Shown: positions 8,993 to 18,628 of the stretch, piece by piece
Position numbering within the stretch: position 1 is the stretch's first letter
How the letters are laid out: each line of letters opens with the position of its first letter
Virus record (IMG/VR): IMGVR_UViG_3300017655_000263
Coordinates: 1 to 64,000 of that record
Source: an uncultured virus (IMG/VR IMGVR_UViG_3300017655_000263)
Taxonomy: Duplodnaviria > Heunggongvirae > Uroviricota > Caudoviricetes
DNA: 64,000 nucleotides
Reading direction: 5' to 3' (one strand)
Notes under the pieces: generated by a model
Databases searched by the model: none
Seen by the model: the letters and a program-made list of their open reading frames with translations, nothing else
What the model was told of the DNA's origin: nothing
Position numbers and translations under genes: made by a program

Positions 8993-11900
8993 CTAGTTGT
9001 ACACGGATAATTCATAGAGAGTTTGACCGTAGATGCCAGGGGTTGTGGTGTCCTCATAGTGCGACACGTCATACCTGGCGGTGCCATAGCGGTTGTCGGC
9101 CAACGGGTAGCAGTAGCCAGGAGTAAAGAGCGGAGTTTTCCCGGCCATCATCGGCATCTTGGCCGTGAACAGCCCTCCCCTATTGCCAAACAAGCGTCCA
9201 CGAGAGCCAAAGATGGAACGTCGAGGGACAAATATGCGGGTTTCACACGCTGGATCTAGGACAATGTCGTCCACACTCTGCATCTGGTACGTTCCCACCA
9301 CAGCCAATACCAGCGCTTCAGAAACGTCCAATGCTTCCAGCGATTGCGACTGACTGGTGTCATCAACAGCCAGATCCGATTGCTGGTTGAATGTGATGGA
9401 ATCAAGGGTTTGCGACTGCTCAAGACCGGCTGTTGAGAGGGTGTGAGATTGGCCAAGCTCGATCGAGTCAGTCACCTGAGCCTGGGAACTATTTGCCACA
9501 TCCAGAGCATTCGCCTGACGGATCTCTACTGCCTCAAGCGTCTGAGATTGAGACGTGCCAGAGACCTCCAGTGTGTGGTCCTGGTGGAGAGACACGCCAG
9601 AGAGAGATTGTGATTGAGAGGTGTTGGCAGGGGTCAGCCAGTAGTCCTGTCCCAGTTCCACCGTCTCAGTCCATTGCTGCTGTGTGAGTCCGGTCACTGC
9701 CAGCATCTGCTCCTGGGTCAGATGAATTGTCTCTATCCCCTGCTGCTGCAATAGAGAGTCGACCGCCAGTTTGTGCAGTTGGGTCAGGCTCGGCTGTTCT
9801 AGCTCTTGTGCTTGCTGTGTGTCCTCAACCATCAACTGTCCGGCTATTCCAATGGTGATGTTCTTGAGGGTTTGCGCCTGGTTGAGGCCACGAACGTCAA
9901 GAACATGTGACTGGGTGAGGTCGGGGGTATCCAGGGACTGAGTCTGATGACTGCTTTCTATATCCAGAGTTGAGTCTTCAATCAGTTTTGGACTGGTAGT
10001 GATTTGACTCTGGGCAGTGTCATCAACGGACAGATGATGCGATTGGGTGAGAACGACGCCCTGCAAGGCCTGTTGCTGGGATGTATTGGCAGTCTCCAGT
10101 GTCTTTGCCTCAATGAGATTGACGGCCTCTGTTGCCTGGCCTTGGGAGCTTCCTGCCACCACAAGCGTGTGGGCTTGAGTAAGATCCAGCGCATCGAGCG
10201 CCTGGGATTGAGTGCTGTTGTCTGTTGACAGCTGATGATTCTGCTCAATAGTGATGGCGTCGAGTGTCTGGGATTGTTCGGTTGCTGCAGGCGCAATGAT
10301 ATTGGCCTGAGACAGTGTCACACCATCGAGAGTTTGGGCTTGGGCTGTCTCGGCCGGAGCGATGGTATGTGCCTGAGTAAGGGCAACAGATGTAAGTGTC
10401 TGCCCTTGTACGGTGTCCTCTATCTCCAGGAAGTTGGCCTGAGTGATGGCCACGGAATCCGTCTCCTGAGACTGCGATGTGTTGGCTAGGGTCAGGACAT
10501 GCTTCTGACTCAGCTCCACCGCGGCCACAGACTGAGATTGCTGGGTATTGGCAGGTTTGAGCTGGAAGTCTTGCGTGAGAGCGACACCCTCCAACGCCTG
10601 GGATTGATTAGTGTTGGCGACATCAAGCGTGTGGGCCTGGGTGATATTCAAGGTTTCCAACGTCTGTGTCTGGGTGGTATTGGCAGGCGTCAGATGGAAG
10701 TCCTGGATGAGGTCGGCAGTCTCAAGTCCTTGCGCTTGAGTTGAGTCATTGACATCAAGGAAGTTGGCCTGGGTGATGGCGACACTCTCGGCCGACTGAG
10801 GTTGTGAAGTGTTGGCAATGGCAAGCTGATGCTTCTGGGTGAGCGAGATGCTTTCCAGGGATTGGGATTGGGAGGTCGCTGCCTGCTGGAGTGTGTGGGA
10901 TTGAGTCAGGGAGAGAGAGTCGAGAGATTGAGATTGGGTGGTGTTGGCGGGTTCGAGGGTGCTGCCAACGGGCGCTGGCATCATGTTTATCGATCCCACT
11001 ACTATATTGTTTGACGCGACATTTTCCTGAATATTGCTTGTCATGGCAATCCGGATAGACCTATAAAACGGTAGCTGGTCTACTGCGATGATGGCGGTCT
11101 CTATTTCAGACCAAATTCCATCCATGAGCCTATCCATACGATACTCGCCGGAGTTGCTCACCCCTATTCGGATATAACAACTAAGACTCATAGCGACAGT
11201 GCTGAGAACTGAAGTATCCCTGTAAGGTTTACAAAAAGATCGGCCGAGAGAGCTGTTAGATCCCTCCAGCAAATCGAACTCGTTAGCCACCACCCCAACC
11301 GCTGCAATTACACTTGGGTCATATGTTGTCCCGTAAAGCGCCCTAACATCCTCGCCCATGACTGATCCCAGCGCGACAACCATTCCACTACTGCTATTGT
11401 TGGGGTAAGATCCAGGTCCAAATCCTCTTGGAACTTCGAACACTAGGCTTGAATCTACAAGATTGAAAGTATTACTGGATAGTAGGACTTTTGTCCCCAA
11501 CTTATATCCACCACCACCTAAACCGCTATTTGTTAGAACAGCATCTGATTGACTTCCGGTGTTTAGCACCATCCAGTTACTATTAGCTGTGGGGGTGCTG
11601 GTCAAAGGGTCAATTAGAGTGTCTATGTTCGGCGGGTCTTGACTCATCCAGTCATTTCCCGACGCGACTGAGTTCGCTCCTATATACTTGGGGGCATCTC
11701 CAGATGGGTACTGAGAAAGCATCGCCAAATTCTGACCATAACAACTTCCATCATTGGTAAAAACCCAATTAGTCCCCTCAGCAGACGAAAAGGTTAATCT
11801 GTTGGTCGACGAGTATCCAATACCTATAAATTTAAATACTGTAACTGTTCCGCCGTCCGGCATGCTCATCAGGTGGGACTGATCGTTGGCGCTTCGCACA

Positions 11901-12400
11901 TCAAAGAGTCGGAATATTGGCGACCCAAGGATGTTCAATTCCACAGACCAGGAAGCCGAACCAAGATTGATCCTAACATCGTTAAACGTCTTGGAAAGTG
12001 TTTCAAAATAGTAATCGTAACCCTCAAGGTTCAATTCAACCAAAGACTGCCCTGCGTCAAATGTTAGATTGCTACCAAGTAGAGAGAAATTGTTGGTACA
12101 TACAAGGTGGCCTTGGCCAAGGTCTATGGTGCGTGGTGTTGATCCCTGTGATGTAAAGAACCCCCATGTACCATCCACCGTTAATTTGTATGACGAAAGA
12201 GAGAGGGTGCCATTTGTGTGATCGAGCGATCCACATACGGCATTGTCAGTTAGCGTGACCGTGTAATTCCCCGCGAGACTGACGTCATCGCTAGGTGTTG
12301 GTACCCCAGCCCCGCCAGCGCCTCCAGATGTAGAACTCCACACTGAAGCGTCATTCCAACTACCAGATTTAATCGCATATCTATTAGCCATATCAAACAA
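8993..12400 (-). CDS. Large virion-associated protein with about 26 tandem 22-aa repeats
   Basis: Repeat unit like ANTTQSQSLDSLSLTQSHTLxx over roughly aa 480-1060; N-terminus SGSWNDASVWSSTSGGAGGAGVP; located in the structural cluster. Confidence 0.7.
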   Translation of the reverse strand: MFDMANRYAIKSGSWNDASVWSSTSGGAGGAGVPTPSDDVSLAGNYTVTLTDNAVCGSLDHTNGTLSLSSYKLTVDGTWGFFTSQGSTPRTIDLGQGHLVCTNNFSLLGSNLTFDAGQSLVELNLEGYDYYFETLSKTFNDVRINLGSASWSVELNILGSPIFRLFDVRSANDQSHLMSMPDGGTVTVFKFIGIGYSSTNRLTFSSAEGTNWVFTNDGSCYGQNLAMLSQYPSGDAPKYIGANSVASGNDWMSQDPPNIDTLIDPLTSTPTANSNWMVLNTGSQSDAVLTNSGLGGGGYKLGTKVLLSSNTFNLVDSSLVFEVPRGFGPGSYPNNSSSGMVVALGSVMGEDVRALYGTTYDPSVIAAVGVVANEFDLLEGSNSSLGRSFCKPYRDTSVLSTVAMSLSCYIRIGVSNSGEYRMDRLMDGIWSEIETAIIAVDQLPFYRSIRIAMTSNIQENVASNNIVVGSINMMPAPVGSTLEPANTTQSQSLDSLSLTQSHTLQQAATSQSQSLESISLTQKHQLAIANTSQPQSAESVAITQANFLDVNDSTQAQGLETADLIQDFHLTPANTTQTQTLETLNITQAHTLDVANTNQSQALEGVALTQDFQLKPANTQQSQSVAAVELSQKHVLTLANTSQSQETDSVAITQANFLEIEDTVQGQTLTSVALTQAHTIAPAETAQAQTLDGVTLSQANIIAPAATEQSQTLDAITIEQNHQLSTDNSTQSQALDALDLTQAHTLVVAGSSQGQATEAVNLIEAKTLETANTSQQQALQGVVLTQSHHLSVDDTAQSQITTSPKLIEDSTLDIESSHQTQSLDTPDLTQSHVLDVRGLNQAQTLKNITIGIAGQLMVEDTQQAQELEQPSLTQLHKLAVDSLLQQQGIETIHLTQEQMLAVTGLTQQQWTETVELGQDYWLTPANTSQSQSLSGVSLHQDHTLEVSGTSQSQTLEAVEIRQANALDVANSSQAQVTDSIELGQSHTLSTAGLEQSQTLDSITFNQQSDLAVDDTSQSQSLEALDVSEALVLAVVGTYQMQSVDDIVLDPACETRIFVPRRSIFGSRGRLFGNRGGLFTAKMPMMAGKTPLFTPGYCYPLADNRYGTARYDVSHYEDTTTPGIYGQTLYELSVYN

Positions 12401-12458
12401 AAACGGCGGCCGCCATATGAGCAGACCGCCGAGTCCTTAGTTCTTCATTCTTGCTGTT

Positions 12459-12836
12459 CTAACTTACTGCCCCGATTTCATGTGAGAAAGCTGGGATTGT
12501 CACTGTGTTACCAGAGGTGACGGGTTGCAAGGTGCAGGTGGTCACCAGGAGAAGATTCGTCCCGTCGCAGATAGCGACGTGAGTTGCATCGTCGGTGGCA
12601 TCAACTGGAATATCGGCTTGCTGGGCAATGGTCACCTTGCGTGCGGTCCCGGAGCCAGCGGCGATCGTGAAACTGCCATTGCCATCACCTGGGGTCAGAG
12701 TGGCATCAGCCAGCTTGTAGGTGGTTACTGCTTCAGTTCGATTAGTGGGTTGGTCTGAGCAAACGGTAATGGTGGTGCCGGTAGCAATCTTTGCCAGGGC
12801 AGCATCAGGAACGATGGAATTGATGTATTTAGCCAT
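12459..12836 (-). CDS. Phage virion structural protein
   Basis: ATHVAICDG..LL.VT...VTSGNTVTIPAF pattern seen in small phage structural proteins; late-cluster position. Confidence 0.6.
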   Translation of the reverse strand: MAKYINSIVPDAALAKIATGTTITVCSDQPTNRTEAVTTYKLADATLTPGDGNGSFTIAAGSGTARKVTIAQQADIPVDATDDATHVAICDGTNLLLVTTCTLQPVTSGNTVTIPAFSHEIGAVS

Positions 12837-12838
12837 AG

Positions 12839-13105
12839 TTATTCACCTTCCCCTCTGGCCTGCAGGATAGCCTCGATCAGATCCCCGCGTGTTTCATAAG
12901 TAGCGAAGTCAAGACCGAGCTCCAAATTGGTGGCATAGGTCTCCAACGTCGTGCGATGGAGTTTGGAGAGTTCGGCTTTGTCGGCCGTCTTTCCCACAGT
13001 CACGCTGGTTGTGGTGTTGATGACAAGGTTGTCGCCTTCAGTCATGACTTCAGTTTGGCGATCATTTACTTTTAGGGTGATTTCTTCCATATATGCGGTC
13101 TCCAA
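12839..13105 (-). CDS. Small head-associated protein with HeH-like C-terminus
   Basis: LETYAT.LELG......TRGDLIEAIL helix-extension-helix pattern; start uncertain. Confidence 0.45.
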   Translation of the reverse strand: METAYMEEITLKVNDRQTEVMTEGDNLVINTTTSVTVGKTADKAELSKLHRTTLETYATNLELGLDFATYETRGDLIEAILQARGEGE

Positions 13106-13110
13106 ATGTA

Positions 13111-13611
13111 TTATTCTTCCCCATCCTCTTCAGGTGTGACTTCTGCCAGCGGAGCCACTTCAACCTTGCTCCCTACACTCAGCGGCTTCCAGATACAGAA
13201 GTACGTCAGTTCGCCGGACTCTATATCTGCTGTTCCCACCGTCTGGATGATGTCCTGATTGACTATCTTCTCGGTTAGGATGCTGGATAGTTCTATCGAG
13301 GCGTCGGGGGTGGCGTCATGCCATAGCTCATCAGAAGCCAGGTTAGTGGCGGTGGTTGAGGGGATGAGAGCAGCGTCTGAGAGGGTGGTGCCTATCTTGA
13401 TTGTGGCCGTGGCTCCTGTCAGTGCTGTGTTGCAGCGAGCAAACACTTTTACCAATACCGTGCCAGTCACTGTAAACAGGGTGGTGGGGTTACGTTGACC
13501 ATCATAGTCACCAACATCATCAACTGTCAGACCATCAAACACCACTGTCTTTTCAACTGTGGTGCCAATGTCAGCCGACAGACGATTGAGGTTGAACTCG
13601 GAGAAGGCCAC
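13111..13611 (-). CDS. Putative capsid decoration/structural protein
   Basis: Beta-rich, Thr-rich; downstream of the capsid gene. Confidence 0.45.
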   Translation of the reverse strand: MAFSEFNLNRLSADIGTTVEKTVVFDGLTVDDVGDYDGQRNPTTLFTVTGTVLVKVFARCNTALTGATATIKIGTTLSDAALIPSTTATNLASDELWHDATPDASIELSSILTEKIVNQDIIQTVGTADIESGELTYFCIWKPLSVGSKVEVAPLAEVTPEEDGEE

Positions 13612-14030
13612 TAGGCAGCCTCCTGATGGGCCTTGATGGCCTCCTGCAAGTCTTTGTTGGTCTTGTGCTCGTCAGTGACTTCAAGCCCGATTTCAGTCGC
13701 CAAGGCTTCTAATTCACCCCGGTTCATCCGGGATACAGGTTTAGATGTCTCGTCTGTCTCAACCACCTCAATCTCACCAGGCTCTGCGTCTGCAAGGGCT
13801 TCTGGCTCGTCAACCTCTACTTCGTATGTCTGCTCTTCAGAGATTGGCTGATCGGCCTGTTCGTCTTGCTGAGGCTCAATGTGTTGCGCTTCTTCAGTAG
13901 TGGTGAACCATTGAGGATAGGTGGCCAACAGGAACTCGGCTATTGTGTTGTCAATCTCGTAGGTACCTGGTTCTCTGAGGGTTAGACCTTGGGCGTTGGC
14001 ATAGGCCTCGCCAGTGAAATGCAGATTCAT
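13611..14030 (-). CDS. Acidic head-associated protein with C-terminal HeH-like motif
   Basis: MNRGELEALATEIGLEV....TNKDLQEAI. Confidence 0.5.
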   Translation of the reverse strand: MNLHFTGEAYANAQGLTLREPGTYEIDNTIAEFLLATYPQWFTTTEEAQHIEPQQDEQADQPISEEQTYEVEVDEPEALADAEPGEIEVVETDETSKPVSRMNRGELEALATEIGLEVTDEHKTNKDLQEAIKAHQEAA

Positions 14031-14034
14031 AGAA

Positions 14035-14313
14035 TTACAAGTTATCCGGGTCTACTTCCAGGGTAGAGCTGTAGTCTGTGTCAGTGACGGTGGCATCAGA
14101 GTCCAGCTTTTCAAGCAGACTGTTAAAGTTTGGTAGAAGTCCAAGATTTACTGTGCGCTTGGTTTTGGTGACATCATTTTCCATGTTGTCAATCGCCTCC
14201 TCCAGGTTTTCTACGTAGTCCTTGACCTCTTCTAACCAGGCAACAACTTCCTGACCAACGGCCTCCATGTTGTTAGCGTTTCTCTTTATGAATTCGAGTG
14301 ATGACAATTCCAT
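14035..14313 (-). CDS. Hypothetical structural protein
   Basis: SD AAGGAG; FNSLLEKLDSDATVTDTDY motif typical of small head proteins. Confidence 0.5.
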   Translation of the reverse strand: MELSSLEFIKRNANNMEAVGQEVVAWLEEVKDYVENLEEAIDNMENDVTKTKRTVNLGLLPNFNSLLEKLDSDATVTDTDYSSTLEVDPDNL

Positions 14314-14414
14314 AGTGTGTTCTCCTTAGGTAATATTTATGATGCAGCAACGTCTGTCTGGTCACTACTGCGCTGACTCCAGCCCCTCTAAAAGAGGAGC
14401 TGATGGTCAATGCA

Positions 14415-15530
14415 CTAGGCAATAGACGGGATACCGTGGATCATCGCCACAGTGTTGTGGGATGCTGGGTACCAGCTCTGGAAGTCGATACGCTCACGAG
14501 CAATCAGGAAGTCCTGGTTGTACAATGGCTCACGACCTGGTTCGAACTGAACGCCCTTTTGGACGGCAGTCACGAACGAGCTACGGTGGGCAATCAACAT
14601 GGTAGTGAAGGTATTGGTCCCACTCTCAACGTTGTAGCCAGTGGCAGATACATTCTCACGAACATATTCAGACACGATTACAGGGATGTTGAAGATACGA
14701 CCGACTTCACCAGTCAAGAGGGTTGCGAACTGACCGTACTTGTCGACAGTCTGTAGCTTGCCAGACTTCAACAGCGCAGCTTCACCGGAGACACCAGTGA
14801 TGATGACCAGGTTACTCTTGCGAGCACCGTAGGCACCCATCTTGGCGGTAGCAGTGATGACAGCATCAAGGATGTCGCCACCAGCCAAGTCAACCTTGGC
14901 ACTGCCGTTCACACGAGCACGAAGACCTTTGACAACCTTTACAGGGTCAAGTCCATCTGCGGCAGTCTCAAGGTCGAAGTCCATGTGAGTGGAACTGTTG
15001 TCGCCGTTGATGATGCCGTCTTCCTCGCCATCAACCAATCCAAACAAGCAGTTTTCCTGTACCTGAGGGCCAACAGTGACGATAGAGTCATCGTTGAACT
15101 CCTGAGAAGTCCAGATGTTGACGTTGAGATACTTGGCATCGAACTGGGTACGACCGGTACCAAACTTGGAGCTCTTGACCGCAGTTTGACTTGTCGATTC
15201 TGTGTTCTCGTTGGTGTAGTAAGCCTTTGGACGGCTACCTTGTACTGGCCAGATATATGGGCTGCGAGGGATATCTCGACGCTCGAAGAGTGAAGTCACT
15301 TTTCGTTCGCGTACAACAGCGGCGATCACATCGGGGGTGAAGGATGCCATATCGGACCATTCCTTACCGTGACCTACTTCCTGGGTGTCCATCGCACGGA
15401 TAACCGTATCGATGTCAGATGCTCCCAGGCGAGCAATCTTGTGAGAAAAAGTTAGGGCTTTAGAGACGCTTGAACCTGTATCGTTCTCGTTGAAGCTCTT
15501 GGCTAATTCATAGTTTAGACCTGAATTCAT
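14415..15530 (-). CDS. Major capsid protein (HK97-like)
   Basis: About 371 aa after the protease/scaffold; GIINGD, LLTGEVGRIFNIPVIVSE and ARERIDF motifs; SD AAAGGA. Confidence 0.88.
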   Translation of the reverse strand: MNSGLNYELAKSFNENDTGSSVSKALTFSHKIARLGASDIDTVIRAMDTQEVGHGKEWSDMASFTPDVIAAVVRERKVTSLFERRDIPRSPYIWPVQGSRPKAYYTNENTESTSQTAVKSSKFGTGRTQFDAKYLNVNIWTSQEFNDDSIVTVGPQVQENCLFGLVDGEEDGIINGDNSSTHMDFDLETAADGLDPVKVVKGLRARVNGSAKVDLAGGDILDAVITATAKMGAYGARKSNLVIITGVSGEAALLKSGKLQTVDKYGQFATLLTGEVGRIFNIPVIVSEYVRENVSATGYNVESGTNTFTTMLIAHRSSFVTAVQKGVQFEPGREPLYNQDFLIARERIDFQSWYPASHNTVAMIHGIPSIA

Positions 15531-15541
15531 AATTTCCTTTC

Positions 15542-17110
15542 TTAGGTGTTGAACCATTTGTTGAGTGTTGGTGATGGGCTGCTGACGGCAGATTTACCCA
15601 CCTCAGCGCCGGTGAACTTGTCAAAGACGATGGCCTTACGACCTTTGATCGTCTGCAACTCGGTAGTCACACTCTTCAGCTCGGTGGCAGTTGTCTCCAA
15701 CTCGCCTTCCTTGGCTGTGAGGTTTTCCCGAACCTGCTCAAGCTCAGTGGTCTTGTCCATCAAAGACTTACTGATCTCGGAGATCTCGCCGTCCTTGTCG
15801 GTCAAAGCCTTATTCAATGCTGTTACTCGCTCATCCATGGTGGTAATCGACTTGGCGACCTCTTCAGCCCGAGGGGCAACGAATTGCTTCTCGGCATCCT
15901 TGGGATCTCCGGCGATTCCGTTATCGATGAGGGCATCGGCAACACTCTGGACGATATCGCTGTATTCCTTCAAAGCCTGGGCCACAAAGGCCTTGCGCTC
16001 TTCAGGCGTTCGCTCATCGTCTTCTGCATCCTCATAGGTGTAGACAGCACGCCAGACAGCCCAACTGAGGTCTTCAGTCAAAGCACGCACGGAGATTTCT
16101 GCTACTTCTGCGGATGCATAGCCGCCCAATATGGCGGACTTTTCTACTTCCTCACTGGTGCCCTCTTCAGCTGGAGCAGGGGCGGATTCGTCGCTGGCCG
16201 GCGCTTCGTCCTTCTGTTCTGGAGCCTCGGATTCGGCAGGTGTGGTGTCAATTTCGGGAGTCGCTTCAGCTGATGCGGGTGTTTCACCTTCAGCGTCGGA
16301 CTTGGTGGTGATATCTGTTTCGGGAGCGTCAGGTGTTTCACCTTCAGCTGGTGCTGGAGTCTCTTCTTCAGTAGGAGCGTCTGGTTTGGCAGGCTCTGCA
16401 GGAGTCTCAGCTGTGGCTTCCTCGGCCGGGGTTTCGACTGTAGCTTCCTGGGTGACAGGCTCAGCTGGAGTCTCGGTTGAAGCGGGAGCGTCTACTGGTG
16501 TCTCGACAACTGCATCTACTGCAGGAGCCTCAACAACAGCTTCGTCCGCTTTGGTGATGTGTTCTGGCATAGGCGTTTCTTTCCAATCCTTCATGGATTT
16601 AGTAATAGGGGTGACCCAGGTCTCGGTAACGGCCGGGGTGCCGGTGATAGCGACGTGAAAGAGGGAGATGTCTTTGTAGGTGAGGATTTTGCGTCCAAGT
16701 TCGGCTGCAAATTCGTAGGCTGCGTCCTTGACTGTTCCGCCGATCGACAGACCGAGTTTCTTGCCCTTATCCAGGGCTCGGATCAGGGTCTTGGTGCGGT
16801 AATGATCGGGGTCGAGTTCGGCCTCCATCATCATTTCGTAGTTGTCGGTGGCCCACAGCGCAGTCACTTCACCGAAGTCGTCATCCCAATCAGAGCCATG
16901 CTCGTTGTTGAGGGTGATGGGGTCAGTTTCAATACTCTTGACCATCGCCTCGATCGCACTCTTGGCCATGCGTTGACCGTGCAGATCGATGTTGGTGTTG
17001 GAGGCTAGTCCGGTCAGGACGTACTTTTCGGTACCGTCCTCACTCTTGCGAATGGTGTAGCCAGTAATGGGAACGACGAGCTTGAAGTTTTGAGGGGTAG
17101 ATTGAGACAT
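15542..17110 (-). CDS. Prohead protease fused to acidic/coiled-coil scaffold
   Basis: GLASNTNIDLHGQ, LNNEH, GLSIGG and HVAITGTPA HK97-type protease motifs, then an E/P/A/T-rich linker and coiled coil. Confidence 0.85.
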   Translation of the reverse strand: MSQSTPQNFKLVVPITGYTIRKSEDGTEKYVLTGLASNTNIDLHGQRMAKSAIEAMVKSIETDPITLNNEHGSDWDDDFGEVTALWATDNYEMMMEAELDPDHYRTKTLIRALDKGKKLGLSIGGTVKDAAYEFAAELGRKILTYKDISLFHVAITGTPAVTETWVTPITKSMKDWKETPMPEHITKADEAVVEAPAVDAVVETPVDAPASTETPAEPVTQEATVETPAEEATAETPAEPAKPDAPTEEETPAPAEGETPDAPETDITTKSDAEGETPASAEATPEIDTTPAESEAPEQKDEAPASDESAPAPAEEGTSEEVEKSAILGGYASAEVAEISVRALTEDLSWAVWRAVYTYEDAEDDERTPEERKAFVAQALKEYSDIVQSVADALIDNGIAGDPKDAEKQFVAPRAEEVAKSITTMDERVTALNKALTDKDGEISEISKSLMDKTTELEQVRENLTAKEGELETTATELKSVTTELQTIKGRKAIVFDKFTGAEVGKSAVSSPSPTLNKWFNT

Positions 17111-17241
17111 ATAAAAAGAGCCCGCTTGGGCGCATATTTGCACACAACACGGACTCTTAGGTGGTCTCTAGGTTAGTAACTAAAGTTTATCACACAGGTA
17201 TTGAGGATTTTATTCAGGGGTGGTGATGATAGCTGAGCGGG

Positions 17242-18285
17242 TCACTCTTCTGGCGAACTCGCGGTAGGTACGGCCACACCGTCTACCGGCAGGATGGGAA
17301 CCTCCTGGTTGGCGCCACAATCCAGGCACTCCTCTTCCCCTGCTGCTGCATCTGCCTGCCCAAGTGAATCAGTGGGAGCCTCTGTCTCGGATGAGGCTCC
17401 CACTGGCACAGGATCCTGTACCTGATTGACACCGGACTGCTGCGCCGGTGCAGTGTCGGATGTGTCCTGGACCGCTGGAGACTCAGCCTGTTCTGTCTGG
17501 ACTAGCTCCACGACGCCTCGAATAGAGTCTTGCAGGCCAACACTGGGATTACTTTGATCAACGACCAGGCCCCAGATAGCCGCTCCTACGTTGGTTTTGT
17601 TGGCAAAGACCAACACCATCTCCCCACCAGGGAAGCAGTCCCCGGGTAAAAGGTAGACGCCCATCACCACTGGCCCACCGCCCCGGCTATCTGGACTGGT
17701 GGCGATTTTGCCCCTGCAGGTTTCAGGAAGATCACCGTCCAGGTACAGGGTCCAGCCATCTTCGGACTCGCCCCGCTCTACACACATCGACAGCTTGACC
17801 GCGGTGTTTGATTGCACCGGTATCCTGATGATGGTATCCGGAGTTTGAGACTGCTCCCGCTTGGTCCAGTCATTATCTCCATTCAGTCTGCATTGCCAGC
17901 CTTCTCCCAGATATTCAACGTTCTCGGCGTATTCCAGACCTTGCTGGACATACCGCTCATCCCCCTCGACACCGATATCGATGTACTGCCAGTCAGGAAT
18001 ATTCTCCTGAGGCATCGGAGGTTCTGTTGGCTCGGAAACTGGAGGGGTTTGCGTAGGTGGGGCTGTGGTCTCAACGGGAGGCAGTGTTGGAGCAACGGTA
18101 TTTGTGGCCGTAGGAGCTTCTGTCGACTCATGGGTCGGAACTGGAGTATTCATCTGGGCGACCTGATCGACTGGCTCATCCGAGAAGTAGTCGTTGGCTT
18201 GGATCCACCAGATGATGAAAAAGATGGCGATTGGTGCAAGCACGGCGATAAGCAGCTTGGGCCAGTATTGTTTCACCCAGCGCAT
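17242..18285 (-). CDS. Membrane-anchored exported protein with Pro/Thr linker (moron in the head cluster)
   Basis: N-terminal TM (LLIAVLAPIAIFFIIWWI), PT-rich linker, beta-rich domain; SD GAGGAG. Confidence 0.65.
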   Translation of the reverse strand: MRWVKQYWPKLLIAVLAPIAIFFIIWWIQANDYFSDEPVDQVAQMNTPVPTHESTEAPTATNTVAPTLPPVETTAPPTQTPPVSEPTEPPMPQENIPDWQYIDIGVEGDERYVQQGLEYAENVEYLGEGWQCRLNGDNDWTKREQSQTPDTIIRIPVQSNTAVKLSMCVERGESEDGWTLYLDGDLPETCRGKIATSPDSRGGGPVVMGVYLLPGDCFPGGEMVLVFANKTNVGAAIWGLVVDQSNPSVGLQDSIRGVVELVQTEQAESPAVQDTSDTAPAQQSGVNQVQDPVPVGASSETEAPTDSLGQADAAAGEEECLDCGANQEVPILPVDGVAVPTASSPEE

Positions 18286-18310
18286 GGCGCGCGCTCCTCA
18301 CAAGATGTAT

Positions 18311-18472
18311 CTAGGTGGTTGTCGTTGGTGGCTCGGATTCTACGGTAATTTTACCGTCAACAAGGCGGATAAGCCAGAAACAGTTACACCGCCCACGACA
18401 TTTGATGCGGATCACATTCTCTTCATATTCAAAAAACAGCTTGCCATCAGCAGGGCAACGGGCTTCGGTCAC
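18311..18472 (-). CDS. Com-like zinc-ribbon protein (53 aa, absent from the ORF track)
   Basis: Hand translation MTEARCPADGKLFFEYEENVIRIKCRGRCNCFWLIRLVDGKITVESEPPTTTT; GTG overlaps the upstream TGA and follows GGAGG. Confidence 0.6.
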   Translation of the reverse strand: MTEARCPADGKLFFEYEENVIRIKCRGRCNCFWLIRLVDGKITVESEPPTTTT

Positions 18473-18624
18473 TTGCCTCCTTTGAAGACATAGGTCTCAG
18501 GTTCGTAGTCAAAGGTGCTCCACTGACCACACTCGGCACACTGGATCTCGACATGTTTGAGTTTGCGGAGGTTGAGGCGGCGCAGAATCTGGTTGCAGTG
18601 TTGGCAATGGATGGTTTCGATCAT
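18469..18624 (-). CDS. Com-like zinc-ribbon protein (51 aa)
   Basis: IHCQHCNQIL...VEIQCAECG matches the Mu Com-type pattern. Confidence 0.6.
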   Translation of the reverse strand: MIETIHCQHCNQILRRLNLRKLKHVEIQCAECGQWSTFDYEPETYVFKGGK

Positions 18625-18628
18625 TCGA

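Noticed and set aside
6187..12400. Diversity-generating retroelement or invertible fibre tips
   Set aside because: No reverse transcriptase, invertase or TR/VR pair seen in the window.
8993..12400. Tape measure protein
   Set aside because: The repeats are Q/S/T-rich and beta-like, not the Ala/Gly/aromatic helical repeats of tape measures, and no tail chaperone or tube genes are adjacent.
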